Assembly: GCA_963730185.1 (NCBI GenBank)
Contig: CAVSQW010000012.1
Coordinates: 352,001 to 416,000, forward strand
DNA: 64,000 nucleotides
Source of the DNA: an uncultured Gemmatimonadales bacterium
Lineage (GTDB): Bacteria; Gemmatimonadota; Gemmatimonadetes; Gemmatimonadales; GWC2-71-9
Reading direction: 5' to 3'
Shown here: positions 49,530-60,222 of the stretch, piece by piece
How positions within the stretch are numbered: position 1 is the stretch's first letter
Layout of the letters: the number at the start of each line of letters is the position of its first letter
Notes under the pieces: generated by a model
What the model saw: only the letters and a program-made list of their open reading frames with translations
Databases searched by the model: none
Told to the model about the DNA's origin: nothing
Made by a program: the position numbers and the translations under genes

Positions 49530-51713
49530 ATGAAGAAGCTCGCCTACGCGCTCGCGGCGCTTTCCCTTGCCTGCTCCCCCCGCCCGGCCCCGAACCCCGA
49601 CGTGGGCCGCTGGGAGGCCCAGGCCCAGAACGTCACCATCGTCCGCGACGACTGGGGCATCGCCCACGTCCACGGAAAGACCGACGCCGACGCCGTGTTC
49701 GGGGTGGTCTACGCCCAGGCCGAGGACGATTTCAACCGGGTCGAGACCAACTACGTCAACGCCATGGGACGGCTCGCCGAGGCAGAGGGCGAGGGCGAGA
49801 TCTGGCGTGACCTCCGGATGAAGCTGTTCATCGACCCCGACAGCATGCAGACCATCTACGCCGCGAGCCCCGACTCGCTCAAGGTGCTGATGAACGCCTT
49901 CGCCGACGGGCTCAACTACTACCTCTACACCCATCCTCAGGTGAAGCCGCGGGTGATCACCCACTTCGAGCCTTGGATGGCCCTGACCTTCAGCGAGGGG
50001 AGCATCGGGGGCGACATCGAGCGGGTGAACCTCCGCGAGCTGGAGGCGTTCTACGGGAGGCACCCAGTTAGCAACCTGGCCCTGACCGACGCCGCCGAGG
50101 CTGACGGTCCCGCGGAGCCGACCGGCTCCAACGGGTTCGCCATCGCACCGAGCAACACCAAGGACGGCCACGCGCTGCTCTGGATCAATCCCCACACGTC
50201 TTTCTTCTTCCGGGCCGAGCTCCAGGCCACCAGCGACGAGGGGCTCGACGCCTACGGTGCCGTGACCTGGGGCCAGTTCTTCATCTATCAGGGCTTCAAC
50301 GCCCACGCCGGCTGGATGCACACCTCGAGCGGGGTGGACAACATCGACGAGTACGCCGAGACCATCGTCAAGAAGGGCGACAGCCTGTTCTACAAGTACG
50401 GCACCGAGCTCCGGCCGGTGATCACGAGCACCATCGCCGTCCCCTTCACGACCGACACCGGGATGGCCACCCGGCGGTTCACGGTCTACCGGACCCATCA
50501 CGGGCCGATCGTCCGCGCGGCCGACGGCAAGTGGATCAGCGTCCGGCTGATGGAGGAGCCGATGAAGGCGCTGACCCAGTCGTACTACCGGACCAAGACC
50601 ACCGACTACCAGAGCTTCCGGCAGGTGATGGAGCTCCACACCAACTCGTCGAACAATACCGTGTTCGCGGACGGCCAGGGCAACATCGCCTACTTCCACT
50701 CGAACTTTATCCCGAAGCGCGACACCCGGTTCGACTGGACCAAGCCGGTGGACGGGAGCGACCCGGCGACCGAGTGGATGGGCGTGCACTCGATCGACGA
50801 GACCCCGAACGCGCTGAACCCGCCCAACGGCTGGATCCAGAACACCAACAACTGGCCCTACTCGGTGGCCGGCGCCAACAGCCCCAAGCAGAAGGACTAT
50901 CCCGCCTACATGGAGACCGGCGGGGAGAACCCGCGCGGGGTCCACGCCATCCGGGTGCTCTCGGGCAAGAAGGACTTTACCATCGAGTCGCTCCGGGACG
51001 CGGCATTCGACAGCTATCTGACGGAGTTCGCGATCCTGGTGCCTCGGCTCCTGGACGCCTACCGAAAGACCCCGGCGACGAATCCCCTCAAGAAGAAGCT
51101 GGCCGAGCCGATCGACTCGCTGGCAAAGTGGGACCTGCGGTGGGGCGTGGGCTCGGTGCCGACGGCGGTGGCCGTCTTCTGGGGACGGGAGCTCTTCCGG
51201 GGCGCCATGCCGGAGGTCCGGAAATCCGGCGGCTCGCCCTACGACTACATCGAGCACGCCTCGGCGGCCCAGCAGCTGGCGGCGCTGGACTCGGCGGTGA
51301 CCAAGCTGACGGCGGACTTCGGGACCTGGAAGACGCCCTGGGGCGACATCAACCGGTTCCAGCGGATCACCGGCGACATCGAGCAGCCGTTCGACGACGC
51401 GAAGCCGAGCCTTCCGGTGGGCTTCACGTCGTCGCGGTGGGGGTCGCTGGCGTCGTTCGGGGCCAACCCGTACCAGGGCTCGAAGAAGCTCTACGGTACC
51501 AGCGGCAACAGCTTCGTGGCCGCGGTGGAGTTCGGCGACAGCGTCCGGGCCATCGCCATCACCGCGGGCGGCGAGAGCGGGCATCCGAGCTCGAAGCACT
51601 TCAACGACGAGGCCGAGCGATACGCGACGGGCAATCTCCGGCCGGTGTACTACTACCCGAACCAGCTGGTGGGCCACACCGAGCGGACGTATCACCCCGG
51701 TGGGGCCCAGTAG
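49530..51713 (+). CDS. Penicillin acylase family (S45, Ntn-hydrolase) lipoprotein
   Basis: RDDWGIAHV, YAQAED, G/SNGFA nucleophile site, INPH, QNTN. Confidence 0.92.
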   Translation: MKKLAYALAALSLACSPRPAPNPDVGRWEAQAQNVTIVRDDWGIAHVHGKTDADAVFGVVYAQAEDDFNRVETNYVNAMGRLAEAEGEGEIWRDLRMKLFIDPDSMQTIYAASPDSLKVLMNAFADGLNYYLYTHPQVKPRVITHFEPWMALTFSEGSIGGDIERVNLRELEAFYGRHPVSNLALTDAAEADGPAEPTGSNGFAIAPSNTKDGHALLWINPHTSFFFRAELQATSDEGLDAYGAVTWGQFFIYQGFNAHAGWMHTSSGVDNIDEYAETIVKKGDSLFYKYGTELRPVITSTIAVPFTTDTGMATRRFTVYRTHHGPIVRAADGKWISVRLMEEPMKALTQSYYRTKTTDYQSFRQVMELHTNSSNNTVFADGQGNIAYFHSNFIPKRDTRFDWTKPVDGSDPATEWMGVHSIDETPNALNPPNGWIQNTNNWPYSVAGANSPKQKDYPAYMETGGENPRGVHAIRVLSGKKDFTIESLRDAAFDSYLTEFAILVPRLLDAYRKTPATNPLKKKLAEPIDSLAKWDLRWGVGSVPTAVAVFWGRELFRGAMPEVRKSGGSPYDYIEHASAAQQLAALDSAVTKLTADFGTWKTPWGDINRFQRITGDIEQPFDDAKPSLPVGFTSSRWGSLASFGANPYQGSKKLYGTSGNSFVAAVEFGDSVRAIAITAGGESGHPSSKHFNDEAERYATGNLRPVYYYPNQLVGHTERTYHPGGAQ

Positions 51714-51725
51714 CGGCCCGCCGGT

Positions 51726-54700
51726 CTACGGCTTCAAGAGCGTCTTGACCGCGGCCTCGATCTGCTGATCGCGGCCGGCGGTCAGGACCGCCGGCTCGTT
51801 GGGCACCCGGATGTCCGGCTCCAGCTGGGTCCCCTCGCCGAACTTTCCGTCCGGCATCCGCCACCCGCCCATCGGGATCCCGAACACGATCGTGGGATCG
51901 ATCTGCCGCTCCCACCAGACGAAGGTGCCCGTCCCCGGCACCGGCATCCCCAGCGTCTGGCCGATGCCCTTGAGCTTGTACGCCAGCGGGAAGAGGTGGG
52001 CATCGGAGTAGTCGCCCTCGTTGATCAGGACGATCGACGGCTTGGTCCACTTGTCGGAGGGTTCGAACCCGACCCGCTGGCCGTGCGGCACGATGTCGAA
52101 GTAAACCTTGCCGCTCAGGAAGTCGGAGAGCTGCTCGTGGATGTTGCCGCCCCCGTTGAACCGGGTGTCGACGATCACCGCCTGCTTGCCCCATCCCCTT
52201 CCCAGGACCTCCTCGAACACGTCCCGCATGCTGGCATCGTTCATCGAGCGGACGTGGACGTACCCGATCTTCCCGCCCGAGAGCGAGTCGACCTCAACCC
52301 GGCGCTGGCGAACCCAGCGCTCGTAGAGGAGCTGGTTCTCCTCGCCCCCGCCGATCGCCGTGATCGACTCGTCCCAACGCTGGTTGGTCGCGGGATCGAG
52401 CAGGGTGAGCAGCACCAGCTGGTCGTCCTTGCGGTTGAGGAGGGTGTAGAAGTCGAGGTCCGGTCCGATCGCCCGGCCATCGATCTTCTCGATCACGTCG
52501 CCGGCCTTGATCCGGGAGGCCGCTTTGTCGGCGGGCCCGCCGGTGACCACCTCCGCGATCTTGACGCCGTTCCCGGAGTAGGAAAAATCGTAGAGCAGGC
52601 CCAGCTCCGCGGTCTGATCCGTGTTCGGCCGGCCGGCGGCGAATCGGGCCCCCGTGTGGGAGGCGTTGACCTCGCCCAGCATCTCGCTCAGCATCTCGGC
52701 GAAGTCGTAGTTGTTGTCGATGTACGGCAGGAACCGCCGGTACTCCCGGTAGTAGTAGCCCCAATCGGCGCTGGTGATCTCCGGGAGATAGAACTTCTCC
52801 TTGAACTGCCGCCAGGCGTGGTCGAAGATGTAGGCCCGCTCGTTCCCCGCCTTGAGCACCATCTCGCCCTTGGTATGGATCGGCGCCGCCTTCCCGTCGT
52901 CGGTCCCGATCTTCATCGCCTTCCCGTCCGCGAGCAGGAACAGGAACTTCCCGTCGGGCGAGAGCTCCATGCCGGCCCGGCGGGCGCCCAGCTTGGTGAA
53001 GAGCTTGGTTTCGCCGGTGCGGGGCTCGGTGACCCAGAGATCGGTGCCCTTGTCGAAGACCGTGAGGTAGAAGAGCTTCTCGCCGTCCTTGGAGAGCACC
53101 CAGTCGCGCACGGGTGAGGTGTGGGTGGTGAGCCGCTTCTTCCGCTCGTCCAGGTTGGCCCAGTCGATGGTGATCGCGGAGGCACCGGAGTCCGCGGCCG
53201 CGCCCTTGGCGTCCTTCTTCGCCTTGGCGGCCGAGTCCTCGGGCTCCTTCACCAGGGCCAGTTCGTCCTTGCTCAGCTGGAAGCGGTCCCATGCCGCCCG
53301 CGAGAAGAACATCGCATAGACGTCGCCGCTGAAGTTGCCGCCGCCCTGCTCGCGGGTGCCCTCGCGGTCGGAGCTCCAGATCATCGCCTTGCCGCCCAGG
53401 ACCCACTTGGGCTGGGCGTTGTCGTAGCCGCTGTGGGTCAGATCGTGGAGCTCGCCCTTCCCGTCGGCCGAGACCAGCCCGACCTGGGACGTGAAGATCC
53501 GGTCGTGAAGCCCGAACTGCACCAGGAACCACTTCCCGTCCGGCGACCAGGTGTAGTACTGGTCGCCGTCGGCGTAGGAATAGTTGTGGTCGGCGGTGAG
53601 GATGGTGCGGGTCGCTTTGGTGGCCAGGTTGATGACCTTGAGGACGACCCGGTTTTCGAGATAGGCCACCTCCTTCCCGTCCGGCGAGAAGCTCGGCTGA
53701 TACTCCTCGGCCGACGTGGCGACGACCGGCTGCTCCTCGAGCACGGTCGAGGCGTAGAAGTAGGGCTCTTCCTTCCGGGTGATCGACGTCCGGTACACGT
53801 TCCACGAGCTGTCCCGCTCGGCCGCGTAGACCAGAGAACGGCCGTCGGGGCTCCACTGGACGCTCCGCTCCTGCCACGGCGTGTCGGTGATCCGCTTGGT
53901 GACGCTGCCGTCGAGGCTGCTGACGAAGATCTCGCCCCGGAACACGTAGGCGAACTCCTTGCCGTCGGGCGAGAGCGCCGCCTCGGTGAACCCGCCGTCG
54001 ACCGGGACGATCTGGTCGATGGCCTGCCGGCCGTCCACCGCGATCCGGATCGCGACCTTCTTGGGTTCGGCGCCCGGCCTCATGGTGTAGATCTCGCCGT
54101 CGTACCCGAAGCAGAGGAGCCCGTCGTCGGCCCGGGTCAGGAAGCGGACCGGGTTCCGGGTGAAGTGGGTGACGGCGGTCGAGGCCGAAGGATCGGACAA
54201 GGAGCTCCGGTACACATTGAAGGAGCCGCTCTGCTCGGTCAGGTAGTAGAAGCCGTTGCCGTCGGCGTCGAAGACCGGATTCCGGTCCTCGCCCTTGAAC
54301 TGGGAGACCTGGCGATACTGGTGAGTGCCCAGGTCGTAGGTCCAGATGTCGCGGGTGACGGACGAGGTGTGGTGCTTCCGCCATTCGCTCTCGTAACCCT
54401 TCACGTCCTCGTAGATCAGCCTGTCGCCCCGTTTGGAGACCGTGGCGTTCACCGCGGGCACCGGGAGGGTCATCGAGACCTTGCCGCCAGTGACCGGCAC
54501 CGAGTAAAGCTGGGTCAAGAGCCCACTCGGGAACTGGGCGTTGGTGGCCAGCTCCTGCCGGTAGGCGGAGAAGAGGACGGCCTGGTCATCGGCGGTGAAG
54601 CTGCTCGGGATCTCGCGGGCGGAGTGGAACGTGAGCCTGGTCGCCTCGCCGCCGGTGGCCGGCATCACGAACACGTCGAAGTTGCCGTAGCGGTCCGACG

Positions 54701-54965
54701 CGAAGGCGATCGACTTCCCATCGTGGCTCCAGACCGGGGCGAACTCATACGACTCGCCCACGGTGAGCGGGACGGCCGAGCCACCGGCCGCGGGAACCGA
54801 ATAGAGGTCGCCGCGATAGCCGAAGACGATGGTCTGTCCGTCGGGCGAGATGGCGGGGTACCGGAGCCAGAGCGGATTCTGGGCGGCGCCACCGGCCGGC
54901 AGTAGGAAGACGAGCCCGGCCAGCAGGGCCAGGCGACGGGTATTTCGAAGGATGGTGAGCGCCAT
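51726..54965 (-). CDS. Tricorn-like S41 protease
   Basis: WLRYPAISPDG, propeller repeats, PDZ region, IGYVHV, DTRFNGGG, YSDA. Confidence 0.93.
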   Translation of the reverse strand: MALTILRNTRRLALLAGLVFLLPAGGAAQNPLWLRYPAISPDGQTIVFGYRGDLYSVPAAGGSAVPLTVGESYEFAPVWSHDGKSIAFASDRYGNFDVFVMPATGGEATRLTFHSAREIPSSFTADDQAVLFSAYRQELATNAQFPSGLLTQLYSVPVTGGKVSMTLPVPAVNATVSKRGDRLIYEDVKGYESEWRKHHTSSVTRDIWTYDLGTHQYRQVSQFKGEDRNPVFDADGNGFYYLTEQSGSFNVYRSSLSDPSASTAVTHFTRNPVRFLTRADDGLLCFGYDGEIYTMRPGAEPKKVAIRIAVDGRQAIDQIVPVDGGFTEAALSPDGKEFAYVFRGEIFVSSLDGSVTKRITDTPWQERSVQWSPDGRSLVYAAERDSSWNVYRTSITRKEEPYFYASTVLEEQPVVATSAEEYQPSFSPDGKEVAYLENRVVLKVINLATKATRTILTADHNYSYADGDQYYTWSPDGKWFLVQFGLHDRIFTSQVGLVSADGKGELHDLTHSGYDNAQPKWVLGGKAMIWSSDREGTREQGGGNFSGDVYAMFFSRAAWDRFQLSKDELALVKEPEDSAAKAKKDAKGAAADSGASAITIDWANLDERKKRLTTHTSPVRDWVLSKDGEKLFYLTVFDKGTDLWVTEPRTGETKLFTKLGARRAGMELSPDGKFLFLLADGKAMKIGTDDGKAAPIHTKGEMVLKAGNERAYIFDHAWRQFKEKFYLPEITSADWGYYYREYRRFLPYIDNNYDFAEMLSEMLGEVNASHTGARFAAGRPNTDQTAELGLLYDFSYSGNGVKIAEVVTGGPADKAASRIKAGDVIEKIDGRAIGPDLDFYTLLNRKDDQLVLLTLLDPATNQRWDESITAIGGGEENQLLYERWVRQRRVEVDSLSGGKIGYVHVRSMNDASMRDVFEEVLGRGWGKQAVIVDTRFNGGGNIHEQLSDFLSGKVYFDIVPHGQRVGFEPSDKWTKPSIVLINEGDYSDAHLFPLAYKLKGIGQTLGMPVPGTGTFVWWERQIDPTIVFGIPMGGWRMPDGKFGEGTQLEPDIRVPNEPAVLTAGRDQQIEAAVKTLLKP

Positions 54966-55205
54966 GAGCGGGTTCCCGAGCGGAAGCGACGAGGAAGCAA
55001 CCGGCTTGCTGCACATACTACCGTTCCAACGATCGGGACGCGAGCCGGGGCCGGAGGACCGCGGGCCACTTGGTGCGACGCCAGGCGGCCAGATCGGCCG
55101 GGACCGCCAACGACCCGAGCCCGCCGTCGCAGGATCGCTCGCCCGCGGACCGAACCGACGGGTAGCTTGTGATGAAGATCCAGTACGTTCCCAGAGGAGA
55201 CCGAC

Positions 55206-56129
55206 ATGAAGATCGCCGTGATCGGCGCGGGTGGGGTGGGAGGATACTTCGGCGCCCGGCTGGCCGCCGCCGGTGAGGACGTCACCTTCATTGCGCGCGG
55301 CGAGCATCTCGCCGGGATGCAACGCGACGGCCTGCAGGTTCTCTCCCCCCTCGGCGACCTGGCTCTTCGGCCGACCCGAGCCACCGGCGACCCTGGGTCG
55401 GTCGGCCCGGTCGACCTGGTCCTCATCGCCGTCAAGCTCTGGAGCACCGAGGAAGCCCTCGATGCGGCGACCGCCCTGGTGGGGCCCTCCACCGCGCTGG
55501 TCTCGTTCCAGAACGGGGTCGACGCGGTCGATCGCCTGACCCGGCGGTTCGGCGCCTCCCGAGTGATGGGCGGCGCCGCCCGGATCGCCGCGGTGATCGA
55601 ACGGCCCGGCGTGATCCGCCACAACGGCACCATGGCCAAGCTCGTCTTCGGCGAGCTCGACGGCAGCCGGAGCCCCCGGGCGGAGGCGCTGCTCGAGGCC
55701 TGCCGGCGCGCGAACGTCGACGCCGAGCTCACCGACCAGATCCAGCGGGCCATCTGGGAGAAGTTCGTCTTCCTGGTCGGGATCTCCGGACTCACCGCCC
55801 TCACCCGCCAGCCGGTCGGACCGGTCCGGAGCCACCCCCTGACCCGCGCGATGCTCCATGACGTCATGGCGGAGGTCTGGTCCGTCGCCCGGGCGCGGGG
55901 AGTCGCGCTGGCCGACGACCTGGTCGACAGGCTGATGACGTTCGCCGACGGACTCCCGGCCGCCATGGTGTCGTCGCTCCTGGGCGACCTCCAGCGAGGG
56001 AACCGGCTCGAGGTCGAATGGCTCTCGGGCAGGGTGGCGCGGATGGGAGCCGAGCTGGGCGTGCCGGCCCCGCTCAACCGGGCCATCCAGGCGGCGCTCG
56101 CCCTGTGCGCCGAAGGGGCGCCCGGCTGA
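55206..56129 (+). CDS. panE: 2-dehydropantoate 2-reductase (ApbA/PanE family)
   Basis: GAGGVGG, AVK, FQNG, WEKF, SSL..D..LE. Confidence 0.9.
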   Translation: MKIAVIGAGGVGGYFGARLAAAGEDVTFIARGEHLAGMQRDGLQVLSPLGDLALRPTRATGDPGSVGPVDLVLIAVKLWSTEEALDAATALVGPSTALVSFQNGVDAVDRLTRRFGASRVMGGAARIAAVIERPGVIRHNGTMAKLVFGELDGSRSPRAEALLEACRRANVDAELTDQIQRAIWEKFVFLVGISGLTALTRQPVGPVRSHPLTRAMLHDVMAEVWSVARARGVALADDLVDRLMTFADGLPAAMVSSLLGDLQRGNRLEVEWLSGRVARMGAELGVPAPLNRAIQAALALCAEGAPG

Positions 56130-56345
56130 GGGCACTCGCCGGTCCGGATACCGAATCGCGACAGATCCGGGCTCGAACGGGGTTGCATCGCAACCGCCAC
56201 CGGAAAGAGACTTCCGGTGCGCGACGTGTTCGCGCCGCGGCACGGCGATCAGGCGGGCGGATGGCGCCCGGATCGAGCCCGGGCCGTGAGGAGAGGTCAG
56301 GCCCGACGGCCAGACCAGCTGGAGCAGGGAGAGGAGGAAGTACCG

Positions 56346-56621
56346 ATGCCCAAGAAGACCACCGGAACGTCCAGCACGGCCAAGAGCACCAACGGGAAGG
56401 CACCCAGGACCCGGGCCAAGGCCCGGAAGGCGCCGGAGCGGAACGAAGAGGCAATCCGAATCCGGGCGTACGAGCTGTTTCTGGCCCGGGACGGCGCGTC
56501 GGGCTCCCAGATGGACGACTGGCTTCAAGCCGAGCGGGAGCTGGTCGTGGAGGCCGTGGGGACCGGCGGGCGTTCGACCCCGAAAAGGCGGACCCCGAAA
56601 AGGCGGACCCCGAAAGCATAG
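56346..56621 (+). CDS. DUF2934-like small basic protein
   Basis: IRIRAYELFLAR..DDWLQAEREL; GAGGAGG RBS. Confidence 0.85.
   Translation: MPKKTTGTSSTAKSTNGKAPRTRAKARKAPERNEEAIRIRAYELFLARDGASGSQMDDWLQAERELVVEAVGTGGRSTPKRRTPKRRTPKA
56576..56615 (+). repeat. 15-bp tandem repeat (about 2.7 copies) encoding TPKRR
   Basis: gaccccgaaaaggcg at 56576 and 56591, partial at 56606. Confidence 0.85.
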
Positions 56622-56721
56622 CCGTAAGGTGTTTCGTGACAACTGGTTATGCGAACCAGCCATTTCACGCTCCAGCCTCGGCTAACGGCACCGATTATCT
56701 CGGCGTGATCGGGTTCGGCGT

Positions 56722-58605
56722 TCAGGTGGGCTGAGACGTGCCAGGAGCCCGGCTCGAGGGTTCGCTCCCGTCCGGGCTCCAGTCGCTGAACATCTCCATC
56801 CCTTCGCCCAGCGCCTCCGCCAGGTGCGCCATTGTGACGAGCCCGATCACCTTCGGGCCCGTCCCGGACGCGGCGGGTGGTGCCAGCACGACCGCGACCG
56901 AGGCGTGAGCCGCCTGAAGACCGGCCAGCAGCGTGAAGATCGTGGCGTCCGGGCCGATCGTCATCCACGGCTCGGGACGGAGCTCCGCCGCTCGGCCGAC
57001 CGTGCAAGCCGCGCCCAGCTCGGCCGCGTGCGCTTGGGCCCACTCCCGGGACAACACCCCGACGACCGCGTTCCGATCACACACCACCACATGGGGCGAC
57101 TCCACCGGACCGTCGCCGGCCGTGAGGTGTTGGAGCGGGGCGTCGGCCGGGAACACCGCGGCCGGAACGAGGTGCATGTCGCTCACATGATGGACGAGCG
57201 AGGCGTTGGCATGGAGCGCCTTGGGCATGTAGTGGCCCCGCCGGGCGAGCTTCATCGTATAGATGCTCTCGGCCAGCAGCAATCGGCGGAGCCCGTAGCT
57301 CGCCGCGACCGTCAGCGTCATGGGGAGCACGACGGCGTAATCGAGCGTCATCTCGAAAATCATGACGATCGCGGTGAGCGCCGCGCCGGTCGCGCCCGCC
57401 ACCATGCCGGCCATCCCCGCCAGGGCGAGCGCGACCGGATCGATCTGCCAGGCTGGAAAGAGGACTTGGAGAGCGATCCCATAGGCGGCGCCGACGGTGG
57501 CCCCCACGAACAGCGACGGCGAGAAGATGCCACCCGAGGCACCCGATCCGAGGGTGAGGGAGGTCGCCGCCAGCTTGAGCACGGCGAGGACGAGGAGCAG
57601 CCCGATCGCCGTCTGGCGCCCCGACAGCACCTCGGCGATGGTGGCATAGCCGACCCCCTCCACGTGGTAATGTCCCGTGAAGTGCATCAGGAGGGCGGCG
57701 ATGACGCCTACCCCGAGCATCCCCACGACGTGCCGGAGATAGTCCCGATCGGGGAGGATCCGCTCGAAGAGGTCCTCGGCACCGTAGAGCCCCCGAATCA
57801 GCGCGACCGACGCGAGCGCCATGAGGCCGCCCAGACCGAGGTACGCCGGGAGCAACGCCACCTCGGTGCCGGCGGGCATGTGAACGTCGGGAACCGGGAA
57901 GGCCGGGTGGGTGCCGAAGAAAAACTGACCGACGTAGGTGGCCGTCGCGGTGGCCAGGGCGACCGGGACCAGGGTTCGGACGCTGATTTCTGGCATCAGC
58001 ACTTCCGCCGCGAACAGCACGCCGCCGATCGGGGTGTTGAACGTCGCGGCGATGCCGGCCCCGCCGCCGGCCGCGACCAGGGTGGCGAGCTCCCAGCGAG
58101 TGACCCGCCAGAGCCGTCCCGACCAGGAACCGAAGGCCGCCCCGATCTGGATGATGGGTCCTTCCCGCCCCACCGACCCCCCGCTCCCGATCGACGTTGC
58201 CGAGGCCAACGACTTGATCAGGGCGACAATCGGACGGATGACCCCCTTCTGGTAGTAGATGGCGTCCATCACCTCGGGCACGCCGTGCCCCTTGGCCTCC
58301 GGCGCGAAGTGCTTGATCAGGAACACCACGACAATGGCGCCAACGGCCGGTACCAAAATGACGCCGAGGCCCCACGGCGACGGCGGGGTGTGGACGAGAG
58401 TGTCGTACCGAAAGGAGAACGAGCCGAGGAAGAAGAGATGGTGAAGGAACCCGATGAGCGCTCGGAAGGCGAAGGCACCCAGCCCGACCACACCGCCCAA
58501 AGCCACGCTCAGGAGCGCGAACCCGAACGGACCGAGCCCACCACGCCGGGTGTCCACCCGAAGGCGACCGCGGACGGGGGCCGGTCGGTCCCGGTCTCGC
58601 CCCAT
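56722..58605 (-). CDS. ClC chloride channel/antiporter with C-terminal CBS-like region
   Basis: GHGVPE, GREGP, FNTPIGG, GGIFSP, ESIYT. Confidence 0.92.
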   Translation of the reverse strand: MGRDRDRPAPVRGRLRVDTRRGGLGPFGFALLSVALGGVVGLGAFAFRALIGFLHHLFFLGSFSFRYDTLVHTPPSPWGLGVILVPAVGAIVVVFLIKHFAPEAKGHGVPEVMDAIYYQKGVIRPIVALIKSLASATSIGSGGSVGREGPIIQIGAAFGSWSGRLWRVTRWELATLVAAGGGAGIAATFNTPIGGVLFAAEVLMPEISVRTLVPVALATATATYVGQFFFGTHPAFPVPDVHMPAGTEVALLPAYLGLGGLMALASVALIRGLYGAEDLFERILPDRDYLRHVVGMLGVGVIAALLMHFTGHYHVEGVGYATIAEVLSGRQTAIGLLLVLAVLKLAATSLTLGSGASGGIFSPSLFVGATVGAAYGIALQVLFPAWQIDPVALALAGMAGMVAGATGAALTAIVMIFEMTLDYAVVLPMTLTVAASYGLRRLLLAESIYTMKLARRGHYMPKALHANASLVHHVSDMHLVPAAVFPADAPLQHLTAGDGPVESPHVVVCDRNAVVGVLSREWAQAHAAELGAACTVGRAAELRPEPWMTIGPDATIFTLLAGLQAAHASVAVVLAPPAASGTGPKVIGLVTMAHLAEALGEGMEMFSDWSPDGSEPSSRAPGTSQPT

Positions 58606-58610
58606 CGCGA

Positions 58611-60144
58611 TCAGCCCTCCCGGAGGCCGGGCCGTCCCCGCTCGAGCACGAACGATTTGACGGTCGAGATCGGCGCGTCCGGTCGACTCACGTAGGGAAC
58701 CACCCGGTAGTCCGCCCGCCAGCGGTCCCGGTCGAGCTCGCAGCGAACGTACCCGCGCTTGCCGTTGTAGAACTTGAGGTGCGGGTTGGCGGCCAGGATG
58801 TCGGCTACGCCCTCGAAGGCCTCGTTCCCGTCGCCACCCGAGCTGATCGAGGTCCCGACCAGCTCCGACGCGACCGCCGGCGAGGATTCGGCCCAGTCGC
58901 GTTTGAGATCGTTCGCCCAATTGGAGTGTACGTCGCCGGTCAGCACCACGGTGTCGGCCCCGCCCCGTCCGGCCACGAAGTCGAGCAGCCGCTGCCGGGC
59001 CGCGGGGTAGCCGTTCCAGGAGTCCATGTTGTAAGCCTGGCCTCGGCCCCGGGTCGTGATCGGCCTGGGCCATGAACACCTGGTTCGCGATCACCTGCCA
59101 GCGGGTTCTCGACGCCGTCATGGCATCGAACAGCCAGCGTTCCTGCTCGGGCCCCATCATCGTGGCTTGGGGGTCGTCGCGCTCGGGACAGGGTGGCTTG
59201 ATTCGATCGCCGCAGGGCTGGTCGGTCCGGTACTGCCGGGTGTCGAGCACGTAGAACCGGGCCAGGGCGCCGACGTCGATGGTGCGATAGAGGCGGGCGT
59301 CGGGGCCGTGCGGGCGGGCCGTAACCCGGAGCGGCTGGTGTTCGAAGTAGGCCTGATAGGCAGCGGCCCGCCGGAGGCGGAACCGGTCGACCGGGTCGTG
59401 GGTGGCCGAGAAGTCGCCGGCGTAGTTGTTGGAGACCTCGTGATCGTCCCAGGTCACGATCCAGGGTCGCTCGGCGTGGGCGGCCTGGAGGTCGGCATCG
59501 CACTTGTAGAGGGCGTAGCGGTTCCGGTAGTCCTCGAGGGTCATCACCTCGGGGCTGGTGTGGTGCCGGGTGGCGCCGGGCATGACCCCGCCTTCGTAGA
59601 TGTAGTCGCCCAAGTGGGCGACCAGATCGAGGTCTTCGCCGGCGAGATGCCGGTACGCCGTGTAGTAGCCCTGCTCGTAGTGCTGACAGGAGACGAAGGC
59701 GAAGCGGAGCCGGTCGGGGGTAGTGCCGACGGCGGGCATGGTTCGGGCCCGTCCCACCGCGCTCGCTGCGCCGCCCACGTGGAAGCGGTACCAGTACCAC
59801 CGGTCGGGCGCGAGCCCCTCGACCTCCACGTGGACGCTGTGGGCGAGCTCGGCCGGGGCGACGGCCGACCCCTTCCTCACGATCTTCCGCATCGACTCGT
59901 CGGCGGCGATCTCCCAACCGACGGTGGCATCGTCGGCGGGCATGCCGCCGCCCCTGAGGGGATCGGGAGCCAGCCGGGTCCAGAGGACAAAGCCATGGGG
60001 GGCCGGGTCACCGGAGGCCACGCCGAGCGAGAAGGGGTAGGCCTCGAAGCGGGGTCGGAGCCAGCGGCGCGGGCTCGAGCCGGTCACGGCCAGCGCGCCA
60101 AGGGAGAGGGTACGAATGAAGGTCCGGCGATCGAAGTCGAGCAT
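58611..60144 (-). CDS. phoD: Tat-exported alkaline phosphatase D, frameshifted near 59040-59053
   Basis: DRRTFI Tat motif, GVASGDP, HLGDYIYE, WDDHE, LDTRQYR; continues in another frame with DSWNGY, TGDVH. Confidence 0.9.
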
Positions 60145-60222
60145 CGCGTCCCGTGGATCCTCGAGGATGGACGGAAGATAGCGCGGCGTCCGGACGAGCC
60201 CATTCGGCCGGCTCCCGAGTTC

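Noticed and set aside
54966..56663. N-terminal extension of the 1645-aa tricorn ORF
   Set aside because: Antisense shadow of panE and the DUF2934-like gene; signal peptide begins at 54965
56621..56727. Fluoride riboswitch or integron attC near the ClC gene
   Set aside because: Lies at the 3' end and on the wrong strand for ClC control and lacks the GAUG core; attC boxes are misordered or too close, and there is no integrase
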